This document shows positions 9,698 through 18,176 of a stretch of 63,845 nt of DNA, one piece after another; the first letter of the stretch is position 1; the number at the start of each line of letters is the position of its first letter. Origin of the DNA: an uncultured Saprospiraceae bacterium (GTDB lineage: Bacteria > Bacteroidota > Bacteroidia > Chitinophagales > Saprospiraceae). The stretch lies in the NCBI GenBank assembly GCA_964403985.1, contig CAYOIL010000001.1, positions 1 through 63,845 of the forward strand, in the 5' to 3' direction. A program made the translations under genes and the position numbers. The notes beneath the pieces are model-generated. The model was not told the origin of the DNA. It did no database searches and saw nothing but the letters and a program-made list of their open reading frames with translations.

Positions 9698-11257
9698 TTA
9701 TAAATCTTCAATGTTTTGTAAATATTCTTCGGCTTTATCAATAAGTGCATTTTTCTCTTCGTCACTCTTTTTTCTCCATACGTTATACATCATTCCAATT
9801 CTATTATTCTTACCAAGCTTATCTTCATTTATTGCATAAAATCTCCAGTATAAAGAATTAAATGGACAGGCATTTTCTCCAGTTTTATCTTTATAATTGT
9901 AATGACAGCCTTTACAGTAGTCACTCATTTTATTAATATAATTCGCTGATGAAACGTAGGGTTTGGTCCCTACAATCCCACCGTCAGCAAATTGACTCAT
10001 TCCTCTAGTATTAGTAATTTCTACCCACTCTATTGCATCGATATATATCCCTAAATACCATTCATCTAATTCGTCGGGATTAATTTCTGTAAGAAGAGCA
10101 AAGTTTCCTGTTACCATTAAGCGTTGAATGTGATGAGCATAAGAATAATTCAAACTTTGATTTATGGAATGACTCATACAATTCATTTTTGTTTCTCCAG
10201 TCCAAAAATAATCGGGTAATTTTCTTTTATGATTAAAGAAATTCATTTCTTTAAATTCAGGCATTTTTGCCCAATATATACCTCGCATAAATTCTCTCCA
10301 ACCAATTATTTGCCTAACAAATCCTTCTATTTGAGCAATGCTAATTTCTTCTTGGTTTAATCTCCATTTTTCAATAGCTCTTTCAACAACAGTTAATGGA
10401 GAAATCATTTTGGAGTTTAATGTAAAGGATATTCGAGAGTGATATAAAGACCACTCTCTTTCAACCATTGCATCTTGATATTTACCAAAATTTTCTAAAC
10501 AGTCATCTAGAAAAAAGGTTAGTATTTCTTCTGTTTCTTCATAAGTTGTTGGCCATATAAACTCTTCTTGATTTATACGTCCTATTGTTTTTACCCCTTC
10601 TTTTTTAAGCAGAGAAATGATTTCACTTACATTTTTTGAGAATAACTTTGGTTTTATTATTTCGTGTTTCTTATTTAATGCTTTTCTATTTTCTTTATCG
10701 TAATTCCATTTTCCAGTTAATGGCTTATTCGGATCCATTTCATCCATTAAAAGAGTATATTTTTTCCGAATACTTCTATAAAATGATTCCATTATTATTG
10801 TCTTATTACCCTCAAAAAAAGTAGCTAAGTATTCTCTTTTGGTAAGAAAATGTTCCGTATCAAAAACTTCAGTATTGATATTTATTTCTTTACATAGCGC
10901 TATTAATTGCTGATCAAGACGATATTCATCAGGTAATTGATATTCAAATGACTTTATAGAATACGTTTTTATTATGTCTTTTATATTCTCAACCAATGAA
11001 CCATTGTTTCTAGAGTCATCTAAGGTATAATAAAGAACATGATGTCCTTCATCTTTTAGCACATCAGACATGTTTCTCATTGCAAGGAAAAAAGCAACTA
11101 TTTTCTGGATATGATGCGAGGTATATTCCATTTCTTGTTTCATCTCCATAAATAGATACAGAGTGTTTTCGTCCTTTGAATTGAACCAAGAATGTTCTTT
11201 ATTTAGTTGATCACCTAGAATAAGTCTAAGTGTTTTATAAGTAGCTTTTAATTTCAA
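9698..11257 (-). CDS. Cryptochrome/photolyase family protein of the FeS-BCP type, i.e. a (6-4) photolyase-like PhrB/CryB class
   Basis: About 520 aa with a COG3046-like layout. The C-terminal C-x2-C-x12-C (CKGCHYNYKDKTGENAC) plus an upstream Cys (NCMSHS) matches the four-Cys [4Fe-4S] ligand spacing of PhrB. Confidence 0.8.
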   Translation of the reverse strand: MKLKATYKTLRLILGDQLNKEHSWFNSKDENTLYLFMEMKQEMEYTSHHIQKIVAFFLAMRNMSDVLKDEGHHVLYYTLDDSRNNGSLVENIKDIIKTYSIKSFEYQLPDEYRLDQQLIALCKEININTEVFDTEHFLTKREYLATFFEGNKTIIMESFYRSIRKKYTLLMDEMDPNKPLTGKWNYDKENRKALNKKHEIIKPKLFSKNVSEIISLLKKEGVKTIGRINQEEFIWPTTYEETEEILTFFLDDCLENFGKYQDAMVEREWSLYHSRISFTLNSKMISPLTVVERAIEKWRLNQEEISIAQIEGFVRQIIGWREFMRGIYWAKMPEFKEMNFFNHKRKLPDYFWTGETKMNCMSHSINQSLNYSYAHHIQRLMVTGNFALLTEINPDELDEWYLGIYIDAIEWVEITNTRGMSQFADGGIVGTKPYVSSANYINKMSDYCKGCHYNYKDKTGENACPFNSLYWRFYAINEDKLGKNNRIGMMYNVWRKKSDEEKNALIDKAEEYLQNIEDL

Positions 11258-11426
11258 TCTCTTTTTTTATATAAATGGATTTTTATAAAGGAATGTTTAG
11301 GTGTTAAAATCCTATTTATTTATAATCTCATTAAATGACTTGTGTTTTCAAGACTTGTTTTTCAACAATTTAATCTTAAACACAGGTAAATATTTTTTCT
11401 TATTTTACCAATCTTAATTTATAGCA

Positions 11427-13736
11427 ATGACACGATATATATTTTTAGCAATGAGTTTCTTCCTTTGCTTTTGGGCGAAAGCTCAAATTAATGAAGGCTT
11501 TTTCAATTTCTCATACGATCAAAAGGATGGCTCTATTCACTTAGAAGTTGATGAAGAAAAAGGAGAATTCCTTTATGTTAATTATTTGTCATCTGGATTA
11601 GGGTCAAATGATATAGGCCTAGATAGAGGTCAGATTGGTGATAACAGAGTTGTTGAATTCAAAAGGTATGGGAACATGCTTTACTTAATAGAAAAGAATT
11701 TGGATTATAGGGCGGACAGTGATAATGAGAATGAAAAAGCATCGATTGAGGAGGCTTTTGCAAGTTCTGTATTATACTCATTTCCTATTGTAAAATCTGA
11801 GGGAAAGGTCCATACGATTAATTTGAAGTCTATGCTTTTGTCAGACAGCCACAAAGTAGCACAACAGCTTAAAAAATCTAAAGAAGGAAGTTATAAACTG
11901 GATAAGGGAAGATCGGCGATTTTGGCAGAATTCTGTAAATCATTTTCTGATAATACTGAATTTCGTTCAATGATAACTTTTGGGGGAAACCCGACTGGAA
12001 AAAATATAAGAACAGTTGTTCCCACTCCGGAATCAATCACCTTGCGGATGCATCATAGTTTCGTGAGGTTGCCAGATTCTAATTATTCGCCTCGTAAATT
12101 TCATCCAGAATCTGGGTATTTTGCACGATCTTTTAAGGACTATGCCGTACCTATAGAAGAAGATATGAATCAACGATTTATTACAAGACATCGACTAGAG
12201 TTATCGACTGAAGGCAATGTGATAGAACCTATAGTATATTATATAGATAGAGGTTGCCCAGAACCGATAAAATCAGCATTGATGGAAGGGGCTTCATGGT
12301 GGAATCAAGCATTTGAAGCTGCTGGATTTAAAGATGCTTTTCAAGTAAAAGAACTTCCTGAGGGTGCTGATCCGCTTGACGTGAGATATAATATGATTCA
12401 GTGGGTGCATAGAAGTACAAGGGGGTGGTCATACGGTGCAAGCGTAGTAGATCCCAGAACAGGTGAAATTTTAAAAGGTCATGTATCTCTTGGTTCTTTA
12501 AGAGTTCGACAAGATTACTTGATAATGCAAGCCTTGATGTCTCCATTCAATGGTGCAGAAAACTTTGATGTGATGAATCCAATGACTCAAATTGCTTTAG
12601 CAAGATTACGCCAACTTTCGGCGCATGAGGTAGGACATACTATTGGTTTGGCGCATAATTTTGCGGCCAGTACAAATGATAGATCTTCGGTTATGGATTA
12701 TCCACACCCAAAGTTGAAATGGACTGGAGAAGATATAAATTTTACAGATGCTTATGATGATAAAATAGGAGAGTGGGACAAACAAGCGATTAAATATGGC
12801 TATTCTGTTTTTGATGAAAATGAAGCAGAGGAATTACAAAAAATTATAGAAGAAAACCACACAAAAGGACTTTCTTATATTACAGATTCTGATGCTCGTC
12901 CAAGTGGAGGAGCTCATGCTGACGCCCATTTATGGGACAATGGATCGGATATTGTAAAAGAATTAAACGATTTATATAAGATACGTGCTTATGGATTTAA
13001 AAATTTTGGGGAAGCGACGATAAGCGAAGGGACTCCTTATAGTGAATTAGAAAAATACATTGTTCCACTCTATATGATGCATCGATATCAACTAGAAGGT
13101 GCGGCAAAATTATTGGGAGGGGTTCATTATTCTTATGATGTAAAGGATGGTGATGAAATAAAAAAGCTTGAAAAAGTATCGGAAAAAGAACAAAGTGCAG
13201 CACTTGATGCCATTTTAATTACATTGAGTAATGACTTTTTGAGTCAAGAAAAAATTGTAGAATTTATACTTCCTAATGCACAAGGATATAGGAAATCAAG
13301 AGAATCTGCCAAAGGTAATATGGGGCCAGTTTATGATCCGAATGCATTAATTTCGGCTTCTGCAAAACACACCTTAAGACTTTTGCTCAACCCTCAAAGG
13401 CTGAATAGATTAGCGGAACCGAGTTACTCTTTTGGGGAAACCCACCTTGAAAATTATTTATCGAAAATTATTAAAACAATAGAATCAAATAGACATCAGG
13501 GGGATTTATTAAAAGAAATACAGCTTGATTATTTGATTTCTGCATACCATTCTTCGGCATTATATCCTACTGCAAAAAATGAGATTTATAAGGCGATTAT
13601 TAAGATTAATAACTCTTCAATGACTCCTGTTTATATGAAAAACAAGATAGATCAGTTTACAAAAGGAACGTATAAAGGGGAATATATTTTTGATAAAATT
13701 ACAATTCCGCCAGGTTCTCCTATTGGTTGTCATTAA
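11427..13736 (+). CDS. Secreted zinc metalloprotease (metzincin-type motif; DUF5117/DUF4953-like family)
   Basis: Signal peptide and an HEVGHTIGLAHN (HExxHxxGxxH) zinc site. Confidence 0.8.
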   Translation: MTRYIFLAMSFFLCFWAKAQINEGFFNFSYDQKDGSIHLEVDEEKGEFLYVNYLSSGLGSNDIGLDRGQIGDNRVVEFKRYGNMLYLIEKNLDYRADSDNENEKASIEEAFASSVLYSFPIVKSEGKVHTINLKSMLLSDSHKVAQQLKKSKEGSYKLDKGRSAILAEFCKSFSDNTEFRSMITFGGNPTGKNIRTVVPTPESITLRMHHSFVRLPDSNYSPRKFHPESGYFARSFKDYAVPIEEDMNQRFITRHRLELSTEGNVIEPIVYYIDRGCPEPIKSALMEGASWWNQAFEAAGFKDAFQVKELPEGADPLDVRYNMIQWVHRSTRGWSYGASVVDPRTGEILKGHVSLGSLRVRQDYLIMQALMSPFNGAENFDVMNPMTQIALARLRQLSAHEVGHTIGLAHNFAASTNDRSSVMDYPHPKLKWTGEDINFTDAYDDKIGEWDKQAIKYGYSVFDENEAEELQKIIEENHTKGLSYITDSDARPSGGAHADAHLWDNGSDIVKELNDLYKIRAYGFKNFGEATISEGTPYSELEKYIVPLYMMHRYQLEGAAKLLGGVHYSYDVKDGDEIKKLEKVSEKEQSAALDAILITLSNDFLSQEKIVEFILPNAQGYRKSRESAKGNMGPVYDPNALISASAKHTLRLLLNPQRLNRLAEPSYSFGETHLENYLSKIIKTIESNRHQGDLLKEIQLDYLISAYHSSALYPTAKNEIYKAIIKINNSSMTPVYMKNKIDQFTKGTYKGEYIFDKITIPPGSPIGCH

Positions 13737-13795
13737 TTAACATAGGAATTAAAACGAAATCGGATGGAACCGCATAAATATCTATATCTTTGTAA

Positions 13796-14887
13796 ATGAT
13801 GAAAGGAATATTAATTTTTGTGTGTATAAGTATAGTTAGCGCATTAACAGCGCAATATGATCATGAAGCTGTTTTTCCAGATAAAATAGGAGATGAGTTA
13901 AAGATTTTGGTTGTTGACAATTTCCGACCAGTAAATGTTCTAAGTTACAGCGATGCAAGAGATACTATGTACGCGATTATTTACAATGTTAATGATACGA
14001 TAGCGGGAATTTATACCGATCACAAGGTTTACGTAACTCCTGGAGAAGATCCGTCAGTTGCTGTTTTTATGGATGGAGTTCCCAATGGTATAAATGCGGA
14101 ACATTCTTACCCTCAATCTAAAGGAGCAGGAGATGGGAATCCAAGAAGTGATATGCATCATCTTTTTCCTTCAAGAGTTTCGGCAAATAGCGCCAGAGGT
14201 TCGATGCCTTTTGCAGAGATAAATGATAATATTACCCAGACGTGGTATTATAAAACAATTGAATCATCAGCTGGACCGTCTTTGGATGTACGAGATAATT
14301 ATAGCGAAAAGAGTTCTACTAGATGGGAGCCGAGAGAAGAGGCAAAAGGGAATATTGCACGGGCAATTTTTTATTTTTATACAATGTATCAAACACAAGC
14401 AGATAATGCAGATCCTGAATTTTTTGGTTTGCAAAAAGATGTTTTATGCGAATGGCATGATTTAGACCCGGTTGATCAATTGGAATGGGAACGGTCGAAA
14501 ATGATAGGAAAATGGCAGGATGATAAAGCGAATCCTTTTGTATTGGATTGTACGTTAGCAGGTAGAATGTATTGTCCAGCAGTTTCGGCAGCGTGTCAAT
14601 TAGTTGATGTAGATGTGGAAGAAATCGTTGAGGAGTTTAGATTAATTCAGAATCCTTTTTCTTCTGCAATTCTTTTAGAAGGGGCTTCCGCCCAAAATAA
14701 AATTCATGATGTAAAGATTTATTCACTATTGGGTGAATTAATTTCTGTCAATGACTTTTCAATTGAAGGAAATTCGATTACAATTCCTACAGACAATTTA
14801 ATAGCAGGCACATATTTTATTAGAATTAATTTTGAGAATAATAATAAATTACAGTCACAAGTAATTAAAGGTATTAAAACGAATTAA
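13796..14887 (+). CDS. Endonuclease I family extracellular nuclease with a type A T9SS C-terminal sorting domain
   Basis: Endonuclease-I-like blocks NAEHSYPQSKG, DMHHLFPS..ANSARG and EPREEAKGNIARAIFYF. The C-terminus LIQNPFSS...YSLLGELI...GTYFIRI resembles a Por/T9SS tail. Confidence 0.8.
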   Translation: MMKGILIFVCISIVSALTAQYDHEAVFPDKIGDELKILVVDNFRPVNVLSYSDARDTMYAIIYNVNDTIAGIYTDHKVYVTPGEDPSVAVFMDGVPNGINAEHSYPQSKGAGDGNPRSDMHHLFPSRVSANSARGSMPFAEINDNITQTWYYKTIESSAGPSLDVRDNYSEKSSTRWEPREEAKGNIARAIFYFYTMYQTQADNADPEFFGLQKDVLCEWHDLDPVDQLEWERSKMIGKWQDDKANPFVLDCTLAGRMYCPAVSAACQLVDVDVEEIVEEFRLIQNPFSSAILLEGASAQNKIHDVKIYSLLGELISVNDFSIEGNSITIPTDNLIAGTYFIRINFENNNKLQSQVIKGIKTN

Positions 14888-14893
14888 ATATCT

Positions 14894-15955
14894 ATGCGTA
14901 AGATCATACACGTTGACATGGATTGTTTTTATGCTGCAATCGAACAGCGCGATAATCCTGATTTAAAAGGTAAGCCAATTGCTGTAGGGGGCTCTGATAA
15001 AAGACGTGGTGTTATTGCAACGGCTAGTTATGAAGCAAGAAAGTATGGAATAAAATCAGCTTTGGCAACACGTGTTGCTAAGAATAAATGTCCTCGTTTA
15101 ATTATTGTTCCTCCTCGCTTTTCTGTTTATAAAGAAGTGTCCAAACAAATTCATGAGATATTTTACAAGTACACTGACCTTGTAGAACCCCTTTCTCTCG
15201 ATGAAGCTTATCTCGATGTAACGGAGAATAAACTCGATATGAAGTCTGCGATTCTGATCGCTAGGAGAATTAAAGAAGACATTCTTAATGAAATAAATAT
15301 TACGGCTTCTGCTGGAGTTTCTTATAATAAATTCCTAGCAAAAGTGGCTAGTGATTATAATAAACCAGATGGACTAACAGCTATTTTACCTGAAAAGGCG
15401 CAATCGTTTATGCTGGACTTGCCTATCGAAAAATTCTTTGGGATAGGACAAGCTACGGCAAGGAAAATGCATAGACTGAAAATTAAAAAAGGAGTCGATT
15501 TAAAACGAATGAATAAAATTGAGCTTGGTCAACATTTCGGAAAAAATGGTCAGTTTTATTTTGACATTGTTCGAGGAATTGATAATCGGGAAGTAAATCC
15601 TGACAGAGTAAGAAAGTCAATTAGCGAGGAAACAACTTTTGCCGAAGACAAAGTTCTTGAAAAAGAAATACTTGATGTGCTAAAAAATCAAAGTGAAAGT
15701 CTTTCTAAAAAATTAATTAAAAATAAAATTAAAGGGAAAACTTTTGTTTTAAAAGTCCGATATAAAAATTTTGAAACAATTACTCGAAATAAAACAATTG
15801 ACTTTTATACGGCGGATAAAAAACACATTTTTACTTCTATTAAAAAGTTATACAAAGAGCTAAAAAACGAAAGACATGTTCGATTGCTAGGTGTAGGTAT
15901 GACTAATTTAGACACAGAACTTGATGGCATTCAACTTACTCTTGATTTGGATTAA
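14894..15955 (+). CDS. dinB: DNA polymerase IV (Y-family translesion polymerase)
   Basis: MRKIIHVDMDCFYAAIEQRDNP..., SLDEAYLDVT and the Y-family palm and little-finger layout. Confidence 0.95.
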   Translation: MRKIIHVDMDCFYAAIEQRDNPDLKGKPIAVGGSDKRRGVIATASYEARKYGIKSALATRVAKNKCPRLIIVPPRFSVYKEVSKQIHEIFYKYTDLVEPLSLDEAYLDVTENKLDMKSAILIARRIKEDILNEINITASAGVSYNKFLAKVASDYNKPDGLTAILPEKAQSFMLDLPIEKFFGIGQATARKMHRLKIKKGVDLKRMNKIELGQHFGKNGQFYFDIVRGIDNREVNPDRVRKSISEETTFAEDKVLEKEILDVLKNQSESLSKKLIKNKIKGKTFVLKVRYKNFETITRNKTIDFYTADKKHIFTSIKKLYKELKNERHVRLLGVGMTNLDTELDGIQLTLDLD

Positions 15956-15962
15956 GTGACAT

Positions 15963-16349
15963 TTATTTCTTGTCTCCTCTATGTATTAAATATAAGGTTA
16001 CTAAACAAATAATAATCCCGAAAAACTCTCGGGTATATTCAATATGAGCTTTTCCTGCTTCCATCGATTGGACAATACTCGGCATTCCTTTTTTTATCCA
16101 ATTTATTATTTCCGGAATTAATATTGATCCATAAATAATAAGCAAGCATGCGATAATTATAAGTATATATTTATTGATTTTTGTAAAAAGAGACATTAAT
16201 AAAAGCCCAGCTATTGTTCCATAAATTGAAATCCATAATACAGGATCAGGATCATTAAATTGTGTGTAGGCAAAAAGAATAAATAGAATGCAGAAAATAA
16301 TTCTGATTGCAAGGGATAGATTAGTTCTTGTGGAGTAGAGTTTTGGCAT
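15963..16349 (-). CDS. Small four-TM membrane protein (TMEM220-like, unknown function)
   Basis: Four hydrophobic spans and an NDPDPVLW motif. No other signature. Confidence 0.5.
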   Translation of the reverse strand: MPKLYSTRTNLSLAIRIIFCILFILFAYTQFNDPDPVLWISIYGTIAGLLLMSLFTKINKYILIIIACLLIIYGSILIPEIINWIKKGMPSIVQSMEAGKAHIEYTREFFGIIICLVTLYLIHRGDKK

Positions 16350-16507
16350 AAAGAGTTTCGTTTTCTAATACTGCAATATAGTTTTAACAATGAGATTTAC
16401 ACAAGTAAGTTTATAATTTTAAAATATTTCACCTTTTGAAGGGAGATAAGGGAGGAAATTAACTAGTCCTGAAATAAGTTTACACAAAAGTAAACGGTTC
16501 CAAATCA

Positions 16508-16665
16508 CAGCAGAAAGATTGGTGTTTTAATTAAAAGACTGACTAAGAAATAAGGGATATATTATTTGTCGAATGTGCCCCCTGAGCAAAGGAATAGGAC
16601 AGCAGAAAGATTTATGTTTTAATTAAAAGACTGACTAAGAAAAAAGGGATATGTTATTTGTCGAA
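16508..16665. repeat. Tandem direct duplication: two 66-bp units (16508-16573 and 16600-16665) with a 92-bp period, spanning the stop codon of the GT2 gene
   Basis: The units CAGCAGAAAGATT(GG/TA)TGTTTTAATTAAAAGACTGACTAAGAAA(T/A)AAGGGATAT(A/G)TTATTTGTCGAA differ at about 4 positions. Each contains the palindrome TTTTAATTAAAA and the reverse complement of ...TTCGACAAATAA (F-D-K-stop). Confidence 0.85.
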
Positions 16666-17595
16666 GGGGGGGTTCTCTATATTCGATTCCCGCACAATAT
16701 AAAGAGGTCTTTCTTTTACATTATTTCCTATTCGACTAATATATTCTCCTATTATTCCTATTCCTATCATTTGAACACCTCCAATAAATAAGATAGAAAT
16801 CATTAAACTTGACCAACCTTGAACGGTACTTTCAAAAAACAACCATGAAATCATTGTATAAATTATCAATACAAATGTTAGTATGAAAACAAAGATGCCC
16901 ATACTAAAAACAAACTTTAATGGTGCATCACTAAATGCAGTTATTCCATCAACAGCAAAACGCAACATTTTTTTTAAGGGATAACCTGTTTCTCCTGCAT
17001 TTCTTTCTGCTCGATCAAATTCTACAAACGTTTGACGGAAGCCAATCCAACTAATCTGTCCTCTAAGAAATTTATTCTTTTCTGGCATTTCTCTTAATAC
17101 CTCTACAATTTTGTGATCCATCATTCTAAAATCACCTGTATTCAATGGTATATCAATACTAGTTATTGAGCGAAGAATTTTATAAAAAGCAGAAGCGGTG
17201 ATTTTTTTAAAAATGGATTCTCCTTTTCTTGAACGCCTTTGGGCGTATACAACTTCGAAACCATCATCCATTTTACTTGCCATCTCAAGAATTAATTCCG
17301 GAGGGTCTTGAAGATCAGCGTCTATAATTACAACTCGATTTCCTATACATCTATCTAGTCCAGCTGAAACAGCAATTTGATGTCCAAAATTGCGACTAAA
17401 ATCTATGTATTTGACTGATTCATTTTGGGCGGAAAGCCCCTTAATTAATGAAATAGACTTATCGACACTACCATCATTAATAAAGATATATTCTCTTGTT
17501 CCACCCAATGAAGACATTACTTCTTCAAGTCTATCATATAAAAGTTGAATGTTTTCTTCCTCGTTATAAATTGGGATAATTACTGAGTAGTCCAT
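16654..17595 (-). CDS. GT2 polyprenyl-phosphate glycosyltransferase (DPM1/GtrB/ArnC-like)
   Basis: IIPIYNEEENI, INDGSVDKS and IDADLQDPPE (DxD), with two C-terminal TM helices typical of the GtrB/ArnC class. Confidence 0.85.
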   Translation of the reverse strand: MDYSVIIPIYNEEENIQLLYDRLEEVMSSLGGTREYIFINDGSVDKSISLIKGLSAQNESVKYIDFSRNFGHQIAVSAGLDRCIGNRVVIIDADLQDPPELILEMASKMDDGFEVVYAQRRSRKGESIFKKITASAFYKILRSITSIDIPLNTGDFRMMDHKIVEVLREMPEKNKFLRGQISWIGFRQTFVEFDRAERNAGETGYPLKKMLRFAVDGITAFSDAPLKFVFSMGIFVFILTFVLIIYTMISWLFFESTVQGWSSLMISILFIGGVQMIGIGIIGEYISRIGNNVKERPLYIVRESNIENPPFDK

Positions 17596-17614
17596 GGGGT
17601 AAAGATAGATTTGT

Positions 17615-18166
17615 TTAGGCGTTTTTTCTTCCTAAAATGAAACCAAAAATTGAACCACAGATTCCACCAATTATATGAGCAGCTTGACTCACTGAATCTT
17701 CTTGAAATGTATGAATCACCTCTTTCCCAACAAACAATAAGGCTACTAATATAAAAGTAAGTGGAATCTTGCCATCTTTCATATTTGTAAAACTCACAAG
17801 TAGAATTAACATAAAAACAATACCACTTGCGCCGAGTAAACCAGTACTAAAAAAGGCCATGTTTATAATTGCAGTAATTAATGCAGTAATTACAATCATG
17901 AATATTATTTTGTTACTACCGTATTTCTCTTCTACAATAGGGCCTAGAAGCAAAATGAAAGTCATATTTCCCAGTAAATGATCTATACTGCCATGACCAA
18001 TTACATGTGAAAACATTGAAAATAAAACAACAGGATGTGCACTGAACTGGGTTCCTACAGCAAAGTAAGACATAAGCCCTCCCGCCATTATGCTATCGAT
18101 AAAAAACACAGCAGTACATATTAATGCAAATGTTAGTATTACTGGTGAATTATAAGATATCTTCAT
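17615..18166 (-). CDS. Rhomboid family intramembrane serine protease
   Basis: HLLGNM (HxxxN), GASGIVF (GxSG catalytic Ser) and AHIIGGICG (catalytic His) within six TM spans. Confidence 0.8.
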   Translation of the reverse strand: MKISYNSPVILTFALICTAVFFIDSIMAGGLMSYFAVGTQFSAHPVVLFSMFSHVIGHGSIDHLLGNMTFILLLGPIVEEKYGSNKIIFMIVITALITAIINMAFFSTGLLGASGIVFMLILLVSFTNMKDGKIPLTFILVALLFVGKEVIHTFQEDSVSQAAHIIGGICGSIFGFILGRKNA

Positions 18167-18176
18167 TTTTTTATTT

